Below are positions 7,578 through 16,453 of a stretch of 25,834 nt of DNA, one piece after another. Source of the stretch: an uncultured archaeon (GTDB lineage: Archaea; Aenigmatarchaeota; Aenigmatarchaeia; CG10238-14). How positions within the stretch are numbered: position 1 is the first letter of the stretch; each line of letters begins with the position of its first letter. Under the pieces are notes generated by a model. That model made no database searches and was not told the DNA's origin. It worked only from the letters and a program-made list of their open reading frames with translations. The translations under genes and the position numbers were made by a program. The DNA lies in assembly GCA_964392445.1 (NCBI GenBank), contig CAYMPD010000017.1:1-25834 (forward strand), written 5' to 3'.

Positions 7578-10397
7578 ATGAAGAGAATTGTTTTAATTTG
7601 TTTGACACTGCTTTCATTGAATTTAGTCCTTGCATCCAACATAGAAAATAATGTTACTCTGGAACTCGTTAAATCTGGTGATAGCTTCTGGTCTCCCAGC
7701 TCCAGTCAGGAACTTTTCAACTTCACTGTTGATAACCAGAATGGTTCTTACTCATTTGAAAATGTTAATATAACTCTACCTACCGGTTTCAGTTTTTCAG
7801 GTGGGCTTGGGAATAGTTTAAGTTCTTCTTGGGATTGTGGGAATATTTCTTCTGTGATAACATGTAATACAACTAATCAGACCTTAAATTTAACTTCAAT
7901 CAACATCTGGTTCAACGCTACTTCTAGTGATTGGAATAATGAAACTAATGTAAGTTGGGTGGTAGTTTTAGATGAAGAACTACAACTTGACATTGAAACA
8001 GGTATAGATGGTAAAGCCCCTCAAACAGGCCAGTTGAATATGACTTATATGGGATCTGAGCTTGAAGATGGCAGAAATGTAACTAAGAGGGAGAATATTA
8101 CATTAACAATTACTGTAACAGATCAAGGAATAGGCGTGGATAAAGTCTGGGTAAATATTTACAATTCCTCTGATAATGTTGTTCAATCGTTGTATTTGGA
8201 AGAAAATTCAACCTTTTCTGGAGAGGTAGTCACAGAATCCTTGGATATAGACGATTATACAATTAAGGTCTTTACAAATGATACTTTTGATAATTTGAAT
8301 GATTCAGCAGAGGTATGTGTTTTTACTGTGAACCCTCTTCTGGATTTTGGTGTAGGTAATTTTAGTTGGGAGCCGATTAATCCTTATCCCGGTCAGAATC
8401 TAACTGTTTTTTCAAATATAGCTATGGCAAATACAAATGATCAGAATGTTTCTTTGGTATGGAAATTAGATGGTGAGGTAGAATGTCAAGAAATAATTAA
8501 TTCAACTAGGGAAGTTAATTGTACCTTCACTGGATTTTCTGGGGAAGGGAACGTAAGTCTTGAGGTCGATCCTGAAAACAACATTTCGGAAACATCGGAA
8601 GACAATAACTATCACTCCGAGATAATTTCTACTGATCTGAATGTGACTATTTTGGATGTTATCTATAAAGGAGAAGAATATAATAGTACTGATTTGGCAT
8701 ATGTGGAGCATAACGAAACAATAACCTTGAATGTGTCTATTAAATATTGGAATAATAAAGAGCCTGTTTCTGAATTGAATTTAACTAATTTTGGGATTTA
8801 TGATAAATGGAGTGATTCAGGAGAATATGAAGACAAAACTGATAAGATAACTGGGTTAGATTCTTCACTCAATTCTTCTGGTATCTATCTTATTAATTAC
8901 ACAACGCCTTACATCTTAAACGAAGTTTTGGAATATGGTGAACATGAGATAAAATTAGAAGCAAATAATACAAATTATTCTGGAAGTTCAACTTCGAAAT
9001 ATTTCTTGGACGGTCCTTATTTAACTTTTTTCTTAATAGAGCAGGGAACATCAAAAGATCTTGAAGGAGCATCAAGTAGGTCTGTTTACTTTGATATAAA
9101 CATTACCAATGAAGGTAATTACACAATTGAAAGTGTTCATGTAGTTTCCATAGAAGCTAACAATGGGGCGACAATTCCAGAAACAGATGTTGAGAGTTGC
9201 AAAGATGAAAGTGAAACAATAGAACCAGGGGAACAAGTAGTCCTTTGTAGTGATTTAGAACTTGAAGTCAGAGAAATAGGAGATACTAGAGTAGAAGTTG
9301 AAGTTAAAGGAAATTATGATTCTAAGTCACTAAAATTTGAAGGGAGATCATCTAGTGTCTATGCTTATGACACTGGTACCCCGGAGGAGGACGATGATAA
9401 TAGTGAAACAGAGGAGGAAGATCCAGATGGATTATTAACTCAGAGCGTTAGTGGACCTGCTCCAACAACTAGTTCGTCAACTGAGAGCCAAAACTACATT
9501 AGTATAATTTCTTCTCCAGATAAGATTAAGGTGGAACAAGGTGAGGGGTTAACAACCACTGTAAAGGTCAAGAATGACAATGAAATAAAATACCAGTTTA
9601 TTAAACTTGAAATAGATGGGATTGATTCTTCTTGGGTTACTGTTATACCTTCAAGTGAAGTTGAAGTAATACCCATGGATACTAAAGAGTATAGTGTTGA
9701 ATTTAATATTCCTAAAGATGCTGAAATAAAAGAATATGAGGGAGATTTCAAAGCATCAAGCTCGATTAAAACCAAAAAACGAGTTTTCATTCTCTCCATA
9801 TTACCAGGATCCGAACTTAAAACTTCCATAAATCAAACCATCGAAAATTACCAGGATCAGATTCAAGAATTGGAAAATAATATCACTGAGATGAAAAGTA
9901 AGGGTTATAATATAACAGAAGCTGAAAGGAAACTTCAAGAATTGAAAGACGAATTTAACAAACTAATTACATTCAGAGATGGTGGCAACTACAAATCTGC
10001 GTATGAACTTTTGGATGAGACTGGGAACCTTCTTAACGAGACCGCAAGTGTAATATCGGGAGCAGTTATTATTCCTTCAACGAATCTTATGGCTAGCTAT
10101 GAATTCAACCGACTTTTACCTGGTTTATTTGGTTTGTTATTAGTGGCGGGTGGATATACCTTTTGGGGAAGATACTTTGGTGTTAAGGAAAAAGTATTGA
10201 AAAAAGTAAAAGGAGTTAAATCCCGACCTAAATTTAGCCAAAGAAAAGCGGATTTGGAGATAATCGCTGGAAAAGTAAGAAAAAAAGAGACTAAACCAGT
10301 TGTTGTGGAAACCAAGAAAAAGTCCAAACTAAAACCAAGGACTTCTAGTAGAATGGATGAGCTAGAAATGATAAAGAGTCTTGTCAAGGGCAAATAA
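7578..10397 (+). CDS. Large cell-surface glycoprotein (Ig-like/CARDB domains, coiled coil, C-terminal TM anchor)
   Basis: Sec signal MKRIVLICLTLLSLNLVLA; many NxS/T sequons; CARDB signature EVDPENNISETSEDNN; acidic/Ser-Thr linker; heptad region; TM GLFGLLLVAGGYTFW; Lys-rich cytoplasmic tail. ATG 7578 preferred over TTG 7572. Confidence 0.8.
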   Translation: MKRIVLICLTLLSLNLVLASNIENNVTLELVKSGDSFWSPSSSQELFNFTVDNQNGSYSFENVNITLPTGFSFSGGLGNSLSSSWDCGNISSVITCNTTNQTLNLTSINIWFNATSSDWNNETNVSWVVVLDEELQLDIETGIDGKAPQTGQLNMTYMGSELEDGRNVTKRENITLTITVTDQGIGVDKVWVNIYNSSDNVVQSLYLEENSTFSGEVVTESLDIDDYTIKVFTNDTFDNLNDSAEVCVFTVNPLLDFGVGNFSWEPINPYPGQNLTVFSNIAMANTNDQNVSLVWKLDGEVECQEIINSTREVNCTFTGFSGEGNVSLEVDPENNISETSEDNNYHSEIISTDLNVTILDVIYKGEEYNSTDLAYVEHNETITLNVSIKYWNNKEPVSELNLTNFGIYDKWSDSGEYEDKTDKITGLDSSLNSSGIYLINYTTPYILNEVLEYGEHEIKLEANNTNYSGSSTSKYFLDGPYLTFFLIEQGTSKDLEGASSRSVYFDINITNEGNYTIESVHVVSIEANNGATIPETDVESCKDESETIEPGEQVVLCSDLELEVREIGDTRVEVEVKGNYDSKSLKFEGRSSSVYAYDTGTPEEDDDNSETEEEDPDGLLTQSVSGPAPTTSSSTESQNYISIISSPDKIKVEQGEGLTTTVKVKNDNEIKYQFIKLEIDGIDSSWVTVIPSSEVEVIPMDTKEYSVEFNIPKDAEIKEYEGDFKASSSIKTKKRVFILSILPGSELKTSINQTIENYQDQIQELENNITEMKSKGYNITEAERKLQELKDEFNKLITFRDGGNYKSAYELLDETGNLLNETASVISGAVIIPSTNLMASYEFNRLLPGLFGLLLVAGGYTFWGRYFGVKEKVLKKVKGVKSRPKFSQRKADLEIIAGKVRKKETKPVVVETKKKSKLKPRTSSRMDELEMIKSLVKGK

Positions 10398-10399
10398 TT

Positions 10400-10777
10400 C
10401 TAACAATTCCCACATATTTCACAGGGAGCAATAGAAGGGTACATAGCCTGATGTAATTCACATAAAAGTTGTTTTTCCCGTATTTTTTTACAAATATCAC
10501 AGAATCTTTTGTTTATTTGTCTAGCCTTGATTCTTTTATCGACAATATCTTTTGTAAGATATTCTATCATCAGCATTATATCCTTCTCATTTTCTAGTGA
10601 CTTCGCCTTTGATCCCCTAGACTTTCGGTTGTACTGTGATACCGCTGCCTGAGTTATTCCTAAGATATCTGCAGCTTCTTGCTGAGTCATATTATATTTA
10701 GTAATCAATTCTCGTGTCATGATTGACCTTATTGCTGGTAGGACTGAACCTACTACTACTTCACAAAACGGCTTCAT
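10400..10777 (-). CDS. HTH transcriptional regulator (COG2522-like) with Cys-rich ends
   Basis: PFCE..V..VLPAIRS; MTQQEAADILGITQAAVSQY XRE-type HTH; C-terminal CxxC...C-x-x-H...C-x-x-C. Confidence 0.85.
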   Translation of the reverse strand: MKPFCEVVVGSVLPAIRSIMTRELITKYNMTQQEAADILGITQAAVSQYNRKSRGSKAKSLENEKDIMLMIEYLTKDIVDKRIKARQINKRFCDICKKIREKQLLCELHQAMYPSIAPCEICGNC

Positions 10778-10799
10778 AGTAAGTAATTGTTGGGATAAG

Positions 10800-10823
10800 T
10801 TTAAATAATATAACGGTGTTATA
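10800..10823 (-). promoter_or_regulatory. TATA box plus adjacent palindrome upstream of the HTH regulator
   Basis: Minus-strand TTATTTAAA (10800-10808) about 23 nt before ATG 10777, abutted by TATAAC-GGT-GTTATA (10809-10823). Confidence 0.5.
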
Positions 10824-10877
10824 GAGGTTGCAATTATATAAAAAGATTGTCACATTAAATAATAGGTATCAACTCAT

Positions 10878-10952
10878 GGCCCGGTTGGCGTAATCTGGTT
10901 AGCGTAGGAGTCTGTGGAACTCTTGGTGGGGGTTCAAATCCCCCGCTGGGCC
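10878..10952 (+). tRNA. tRNA-His(GUG) with genome-encoded G-1
   Basis: G-1 at 10878; acceptor GCCCGGT/GCTGGGC with C73; D-stem GCGT/GCGT; anticodon stem GGAGT/ACTCT, loop CT-GTG-GA; T-arm GGGGG-TTCAAAT-CCCCC. Confidence 0.92.
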
Positions 10953-11003
10953 CACAACTTAATTTATTAATCAATTTTCCTATAGTTAAATTAAGGAATT
11001 GGT

Positions 11004-11804
11004 ATGAATTTCATTGAGATTTTAAAGAATTTTATCCTAGTCAATTATCAAAATATAGGTCTTTCATTACTTTCAGTAATTTTAGGTATAATAATATACA
11101 AATTACTTGAAAGAGAGATAGAGTCTTTAAAAAGAAGTGATAGAATAGAGTCACATGTTGCTTACACTTTAAAAAAGATAATACAATGGTTTTCCTTTTT
11201 TGTCATATTATATTTAGTATTGTCTCAATTTGGACTCAAGATAGGTTCCTTGGCCGGATTTTTAACAATATTTGGCAGTACCGTCATAGGATTTGCGGCA
11301 ATAAACACTGTAGGTAATGCAATAGCTGGTTTAATAGTGATGATAAGCAGGCCATTTAAAATTGGAGATAGGATTTATTTTAAAGACAAATATGCGGATA
11401 TTGTAAGTATAGAATTGATTTACACTAAGATGAAAACTTTGGATAATGTTCTAGTTTCTGTACCAAATCAAGAGTTGTTAAAAACTGAAATAGATAATTA
11501 TGGTAAGAAAAAAATAGTCAGAAGGAGATGTACCATTACAGCTGGATTTGAACATGAATTTGAAGAAATTGAAAAGGTACTATTAGAGGCAGCGAAGAAA
11601 ACAGGCGGCATTTTGGAAATACCTCAACCTTTTGTCCGGATAATTAAGTTCCAGAATTTTGCGGTGGAATATACACTTTTTGCGTTTACCAAAGACATCA
11701 AAAACTTAAGACAAATAGATGCTAACTTATATCAATCCGTGTTCAAGAATTGTAAAGCTAATAAAATAGATATTAGTACACCAAACTTGTACAAGCAAGT
11801 TTAA
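11004..11804 (+). CDS. mscS: Small-conductance mechanosensitive channel (MscS family)
   Basis: Three N-terminal TMs; IGFAAINTVGNAIAGL; RPFKIGDRI; TLDNVLVSVPN; C-terminal ferredoxin-like domain ending DISTP. Confidence 0.92.
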   Translation: MNFIEILKNFILVNYQNIGLSLLSVILGIIIYKLLEREIESLKRSDRIESHVAYTLKKIIQWFSFFVILYLVLSQFGLKIGSLAGFLTIFGSTVIGFAAINTVGNAIAGLIVMISRPFKIGDRIYFKDKYADIVSIELIYTKMKTLDNVLVSVPNQELLKTEIDNYGKKKIVRRRCTITAGFEHEFEEIEKVLLEAAKKTGGILEIPQPFVRIIKFQNFAVEYTLFAFTKDIKNLRQIDANLYQSVFKNCKANKIDISTPNLYKQV

Positions 11805-12148
11805 TTTTTCTTAAAAACTAGATCTTTCAGTGAATCTTCTTTATTTAACTTATTCAACTTAATCAGCATGTAGATCGAGATAGCTATACTACCTGTAGCA
11901 ACAATAAACACAAACCAGAATATTCTTGAAATCCAACTACTTTCTTTATAGAAAACCCAGATGTAGAAAATCATAAAACAGAAGAATAGATCAACAAAAC
12001 TGGCGATTAACCATGGTTCATTCACAACAGAATTAATAGCAACTCTTAAATTACCAGACAGAAGAACCCATGAACCTAAAGATAACATTACAACAAGAAC
12101 TAATGAAAACCAGACTTTTAGGAATTTCATCAAAATTTCATTTTTCAT
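11801..12148 (-). CDS. Small three-TM membrane protein (DUF1475-like)
   Basis: EPWLIASFVDLFFCFMIFYIWVFYKE...GSIAISIY pattern. Confidence 0.65.
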   Translation of the reverse strand: MKNEILMKFLKVWFSLVLVVMLSLGSWVLLSGNLRVAINSVVNEPWLIASFVDLFFCFMIFYIWVFYKESSWISRIFWFVFIVATGSIAISIYMLIKLNKLNKEDSLKDLVFKKN

Positions 12149-12202
12149 CTCAACCTTACCCCTACCTAACTTAATTAATAACTAATAGTACAAAAATAGA
12201 TT

Positions 12203-12814
12203 ATGGAAATGGAATTTAAAGATGATACAATAATACTCGACGGGAAAGTGATTAATAACCTTGATAAATTCGTTCTAGGTTTCGTTAAAACCCTCGAGAA
12301 ATACACAGATTATGTTATTGTAAGCGGATACCCAGCGATATTTTTTGGAAGAACAAGGGCTACTGAGGATGTTGATATAATAATCAAAAGAGGTAAAATT
12401 AGGGAATTTCTTGAAGAAATAACCAGTCAGGGTTATTGGATTCTTAACACTAGTTCGATTAAAGAAGCGTTGGAAATACTTAATGACAAAACCCCGATAA
12501 GAATAGCCAAGGAAGGAAAAATTATTCCGAATTTTGAGTTGAAATACTCTTGGGATGAACCTGATCACTATTCTTTGGAAAATAGAATTAAAGTGAAATT
12601 TAATGGGAATAAAATATTCTTCTCCCCAATTGAGATTCAAATAGCTTATAAATTAAAATTAGGAAGTAAAGGAAATGAAAAAGATATTGAGGACGCTATT
12701 CATTTGTTTAGCTTGTTTAAAGATACAATAAATACCCCTAAACTAAAGGACCTAATTGAAGATTTTTCTGTTAGAAGTGTAGTTGAGAAATATTTGGGTG
12801 AAATTTATGATTGA
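12203..12814 (+). CDS. Nucleotidyltransferase-fold protein (Pol beta superfamily, DUF6036/AbiEii-like)
   Basis: VIVSGY...FGRTRATEDVDII (hG..DhD catalytic motif); IAYKL...KDIEDA. Confidence 0.75.
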   Translation: MEMEFKDDTIILDGKVINNLDKFVLGFVKTLEKYTDYVIVSGYPAIFFGRTRATEDVDIIIKRGKIREFLEEITSQGYWILNTSSIKEALEILNDKTPIRIAKEGKIIPNFELKYSWDEPDHYSLENRIKVKFNGNKIFFSPIEIQIAYKLKLGSKGNEKDIEDAIHLFSLFKDTINTPKLKDLIEDFSVRSVVEKYLGEIYD

Positions 12815-12968
12815 AATTGATGGGAAAGAATTTGAAGAGAAAAGAGAAAAGAACTTTGAAGAAAGAATATGGTTCATCAATTACTGGTGTAATTACATGA
12901 AAGAACATTCGAACAAGGAATGGAGTTCCCAACAGGCTGAGTTAATAAATGCGCAAATAAAGGACTAG
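12807..12968 (+). CDS. Small partner protein of the nucleotidyltransferase (53 aa; start reassigned)
   Basis: GGGTGA RBS then ATG 12807, overlapping the NTase stop; MIEIDGKEFEEKREKNFEERIWFINYWCNYMKEHSNKEWSSQQAELINAQIKD. Confidence 0.65.
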   Translation: MIEIDGKEFEEKREKNFEERIWFINYWCNYMKEHSNKEWSSQQAELINAQIKD

Positions 12969-12986
12969 TTCTTTCTGTCAACTTTT

Positions 12987-13463
12987 TTATTTCTTATACC
13001 TTCTCTCCCATCCTTTCTTGAAACCCTGATACTGCTTCTTGTCACTGTATTGAAAATATTCCTGCTTAGATTCACCCGGATACTGTTCATTAAGAAATAC
13101 GATTAATTTTTCTTTTAGTTCAAGGGCATCGGCATATTTTCTTACCTTCAGATAATAATCTTCTAGAGATTCTGGATAACCCTTACCTTTCTCAACGAAT
13201 AGTAATATCGGAACATCGTGCTCTTGTGCCCATTTTGCTTCTATTTCCAGTCCGGCGCTAGAAAATGAAGCTTCAGCAATAAAAACTTCTGACTTTTTCA
13301 ATAATTCCTCACTTTTATCAACTAGGTCTTCTCTGGGCAATTTATGTCTGTCTTCAGGTGTAGTTGCGTCAAAGAATTTGACTGCTTCATGAAAAGCTTT
13401 TTTTATTTCTTCTGGTGTTTCTGATGGATATGTGATATATATAATTTTATTCACCTTATTCAA
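12987..13463 (-). CDS. Nucleoside 2-deoxyribosyltransferase / DNPH1-like protein
   Basis: IYITYP...LLKKSEVFIAEASFSSAGLEIEAKWAQEHDVPILLF resembles the NDT/RCL core (S.G...E..A...P). Its start overlaps the phosphatase stop. Confidence 0.6.
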   Translation of the reverse strand: MNKVNKIIYITYPSETPEEIKKAFHEAVKFFDATTPEDRHKLPREDLVDKSEELLKKSEVFIAEASFSSAGLEIEAKWAQEHDVPILLFVEKGKGYPESLEDYYLKVRKYADALELKEKLIVFLNEQYPGESKQEYFQYSDKKQYQGFKKGWERRYKK

Positions 13464-14001
13464 CAGTATATTCCCATCCCGGCTGCCAGGCTTTTTCTCT
13501 CCTCCAATCTTCTGCTATAGCTTCTTCCCAGGTTTTATCTTTTGTTAATACTTCTAACGCTAATTGTGGTGCTTGATGAGCGACAATACCAATATGCTTA
13601 TCATCATAGTTTTCTTTTAAAAAATCAAGGAAATCACTAATCCTTTTTTCAACGTCCTTATAGCTTTCACCATTGGGATAATTATCTTCAATCCGTTTAT
13701 TCATGTCAGTTTTAACAATTTTTGAAGGCTTTTGGGTATGATCTCCATAATTACATTCTCGTAGCCTCTTATCCTGAATTATCTTATATTTATCTCCAAA
13801 AGCGAGCTTAGTTGAAACAATAGCTCGTTTTAAATCAGAACAAAATATTACATCGAAATCTTTATCTGAAACCATCTCTCCTAATTCTTTAGATTGTTTA
13901 ACTCCTAATTCAGAAAGTTCTCCTGGTGCCCAACCCGTTGCTAGATGTTGCTCATTATCCGTTGTAGTTCCGTGTACAAAATATGTTATTTTTACAACCA
14001 T
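13456..14001 (-). CDS. Histidine phosphatase (phosphoglycerate mutase superfamily)
   Basis: FVHGTT (RHG variant), LSELGVKQ, CSDLKRA, RLRECNYG, PNGES, IVAHQ. Confidence 0.85.
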   Translation of the reverse strand: MVVKITYFVHGTTTDNEQHLATGWAPGELSELGVKQSKELGEMVSDKDFDVIFCSDLKRAIVSTKLAFGDKYKIIQDKRLRECNYGDHTQKPSKIVKTDMNKRIEDNYPNGESYKDVEKRISDFLDFLKENYDDKHIGIVAHQAPQLALEVLTKDKTWEEAIAEDWRREKAWQPGWEYTVE

Positions 14002-14138
14002 AGTACCACACTTTCCTTACTTGCATAATATTTTAATTTGTAATTCTTAAATCTCTTCGTTAAGAGAATTTCATTTTTTCCATTTCCTATTAAATTTGAA
14101 ATAAATAATTATTTTACTCTAATTTCATTAGTGTTAAT

Positions 14139-14387
14139 ATGATAACTTGGAGAGTACATACTTTGGGATATGGAAAGGTAGATATAGAAGGAAAAAATTA
14201 TGACGAATTAATGGAGGATTTTGAAAGTAAGTTTCCTGGTAGTATGTCATTTGGTTTGTTAGCTGTACATCTTACGCAGAGAATCCTTTACACATTAGCT
14301 TATTTAAGAAGAGAGGATATACCTTCTAGGGGTTTATTAAAACCCTCAGAAGTCGATTTTGATCGTTATTATCCCACTTCTGATTAA
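14139..14387 (+). CDS. Hypothetical 82-aa protein
   Basis: Clean ATG ORF in an otherwise empty gap, convergent with the Nudix gene; no motif recognised. Confidence 0.55.
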   Translation: MITWRVHTLGYGKVDIEGKNYDELMEDFESKFPGSMSFGLLAVHLTQRILYTLAYLRREDIPSRGLLKPSEVDFDRYYPTSD

Positions 14388-14389
14388 TT

Positions 14390-15208
14390 TTATAAATACT
14401 CCAAACTCTTCTCAAAAATATCATTCATCTCTTCAAAAGTAAGATTCTTCCTAACTTCATCTCTAGTCATCCATTTAGCCCAAACAACATCACTTGCATT
14501 TGGTTCAACTTCAGAATCCTCATCAACTTTAACCAAGAAAATACCTTGTTCTGTAATTATTCCTTCAAAAAAACCTTTTTTGTAAGTAGCTTTATAGTTG
14601 AATGGAAGCTTTTTTATTTGGCTTTTCTTGATATCAATCCCAGTTTCTTCTCTAACTTCATGAATAACCGCATCCTCTTCTGTCTCTCCCTCCTCAATCC
14701 CACCCGTGGGAAGTACAATATTATCATTCCTTGTCTTGACAATTGCAAATGAATCAAGGTTTTTGTAAACTATTACTAGAACACCCGGTCTTTCGATAAC
14801 TAGATCATCCATTAACATTAAAGCGGTTTGGATCATTCCTGGGACTAGATGGTATTTTAGAACTTCTTTGGGATATATCCAATAGTATTCCACATTTTCA
14901 TGGTCTAACTCTACTTTTTCCGTGTTTGTTTCAAAAAGAAATGCATTATTGTGATAGAGTGTGTTCAGGTTTTTATCTATTTTTGTAAACTCTTCACTTT
15001 GTTTCAATAATTTCAGATTATCTTTAGACAGTCCTGTTTCCTCTTCGATTTCTCTGAATGCTGTGTCTAAAGGTGTTTCGTCAGTCTCTATTTTTCCTGT
15101 TACAAAACTCCATCTACCGGGATATATGTCATCCCCAGGATTACGTCTAAGCAGAAGTATTTTACTCTTATTTTTTATTACACATATTACCACATTTTTT
15201 TCTTGCAT
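14390..15208 (-). CDS. Tandem double Nudix hydrolase
   Basis: Two Nudix boxes: GKIETDETPLDTAFREIEEETGL and GGIEEGETEEDAVIHEVREETGI. Confidence 0.9.
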   Translation of the reverse strand: MQEKNVVICVIKNKSKILLLRRNPGDDIYPGRWSFVTGKIETDETPLDTAFREIEEETGLSKDNLKLLKQSEEFTKIDKNLNTLYHNNAFLFETNTEKVELDHENVEYYWIYPKEVLKYHLVPGMIQTALMLMDDLVIERPGVLVIVYKNLDSFAIVKTRNDNIVLPTGGIEEGETEEDAVIHEVREETGIDIKKSQIKKLPFNYKATYKKGFFEGIITEQGIFLVKVDEDSEVEPNASDVVWAKWMTRDEVRKNLTFEEMNDIFEKSLEYL

Positions 15209-15211
15209 TAA

Positions 15212-15634
15212 TCATACCTCTATCCTTAGTAATTTTTTAACAACTTTATCCATTCCATGAGCAAGAGGATAATCAGAGAGTTCATCTGTTATTATCCAAG
15301 TATAGTTTTGATTTTCATAATCGAGTTTTATTTTATCCGTCTTAGTTTTGAAAAGAAAAGGGTTAATGTGCCAAGTAATCCCGATTTCTTTATCTCGGTC
15401 TAAAAATAATTTCTCCTGCTTTACAAGTTCTATATCATTTTTTATTATACCTATCTCTTCTTCAATTTCTCTATAAGCGGTTTCAATTGGTTCTTCTTCC
15501 TCTTCAATTAGTCCACAGACAAAAGCCCATTTATCAGCATACCAAGGTGCGGTTGATCCTCGTTTGAGTAGGAGTAATTGGTTGTTATTTTTTAAAATGC
15601 AACAAACTGTATTTTTGTGCTTCATATCAACCAA
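15212..15634 (-). CDS. Nudix hydrolase
   Basis: LLLLKRG...DKWAFVCGLIEEEEEPIETAYREIEEEIGI; similar to domain 1 of the neighbouring gene. Confidence 0.9.
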   Translation of the reverse strand: MVDMKHKNTVCCILKNNNQLLLLKRGSTAPWYADKWAFVCGLIEEEEEPIETAYREIEEEIGIIKNDIELVKQEKLFLDRDKEIGITWHINPFLFKTKTDKIKLDYENQNYTWIITDELSDYPLAHGMDKVVKKLLRIEV

Positions 15635-15679
15635 CTTAATACTTTATTATTAACAAAATCAAATATTAAAACTGAGAAT

Positions 15680-16453
15680 ATGATACGACTTGATCCCAAA
15701 GATAATTACAAGCTAGAAAAACTCTTAGAACTAGTTAACAAGGACAAGGAACTAGAGACCCTGTGGAAATGTGTTAATGTTAATGCCATAGATAGGATGG
15801 GATTCAACGATCATGGTCCAGTCCACGTCCAGATTGTTTGCAGAAATGCATTAGATTTGATAAGAATTCTAAACAAGAAAAAAGTAGCCATGAATTTAAT
15901 CAAGGATCATAAACTCGAATATGAGGATTCAGAGTTGGTGGTTGTTCTAGCGGCATTACTTCATGACATAGGTATGGTTGTTAAAAGAGAGGATCATGAG
16001 AATTTTAGCGTATCACTTTCGGTTAAATTCCTTAATAAGTACCTTCCCCAGATTTATGATAACGAAACAACAAGAACAATAATAATGTCAGAAGTACTGC
16101 ACTCAATAATGGGACATTCAAAAGAGGAGATACCATTAACGGTCGAAGCGGGTGTTGTTAGAGTTGCTGACGCGCTAGACATGGAGCAGGGGAGAGCACG
16201 AATACCATTCGAAGCTGGTAGCATAACTATACATTCTGTCTCCGCTTTAGCCATTGATAAAGTAAGAATAAGTGAAGGAGAAGATAAGCCAATACTTGTG
16301 AAGATTGATATGTCCAATTCAGCAGGTATATTCCAGATAGATGAACTTCTGAGAGAGAAGATTAAGCATACACCACTTGAAGATTATGTTAAAGTAATTG
16401 TAGAAGTTAAAGGAGAGAAAGAGAAAAGTATTGTTCATCATTTTGAGTTATGA
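15680..16453 (+). CDS. HD-domain phosphohydrolase (COG3294-like; start reassigned to ATG 15680)
   Basis: NDHGPVHV, LLHDIG, GHS, ADALD metal-binding set. The upstream extension in the ORF track overlaps the divergent Nudix gene. Confidence 0.88.
   Translation: MIRLDPKDNYKLEKLLELVNKDKELETLWKCVNVNAIDRMGFNDHGPVHVQIVCRNALDLIRILNKKKVAMNLIKDHKLEYEDSELVVVLAALLHDIGMVVKREDHENFSVSLSVKFLNKYLPQIYDNETTRTIIMSEVLHSIMGHSKEEIPLTVEAGVVRVADALDMEQGRARIPFEAGSITIHSVSALAIDKVRISEGEDKPILVKIDMSNSAGIFQIDELLREKIKHTPLEDYVKVIVEVKGEKEKSIVHHFEL

Noticed and set aside
2153-10952. Integrated element between the two tRNAs
   Set aside because: No integrase, no duplicated tRNA 3' end and no obvious compositional shift.
14002-14110. 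Minus-strand frame LIGNGKNEILLTKRF resembling a Nudix first strand (possible remnant)
   Set aside because: No start codon, no Nudix box, and too short to distinguish from chance in AT-rich DNA.
15617-15679. N-terminal extension of the HD protein in the ORF track
   Set aside because: It overlaps the start of the divergent Nudix gene; ATG 15680 is more plausible.
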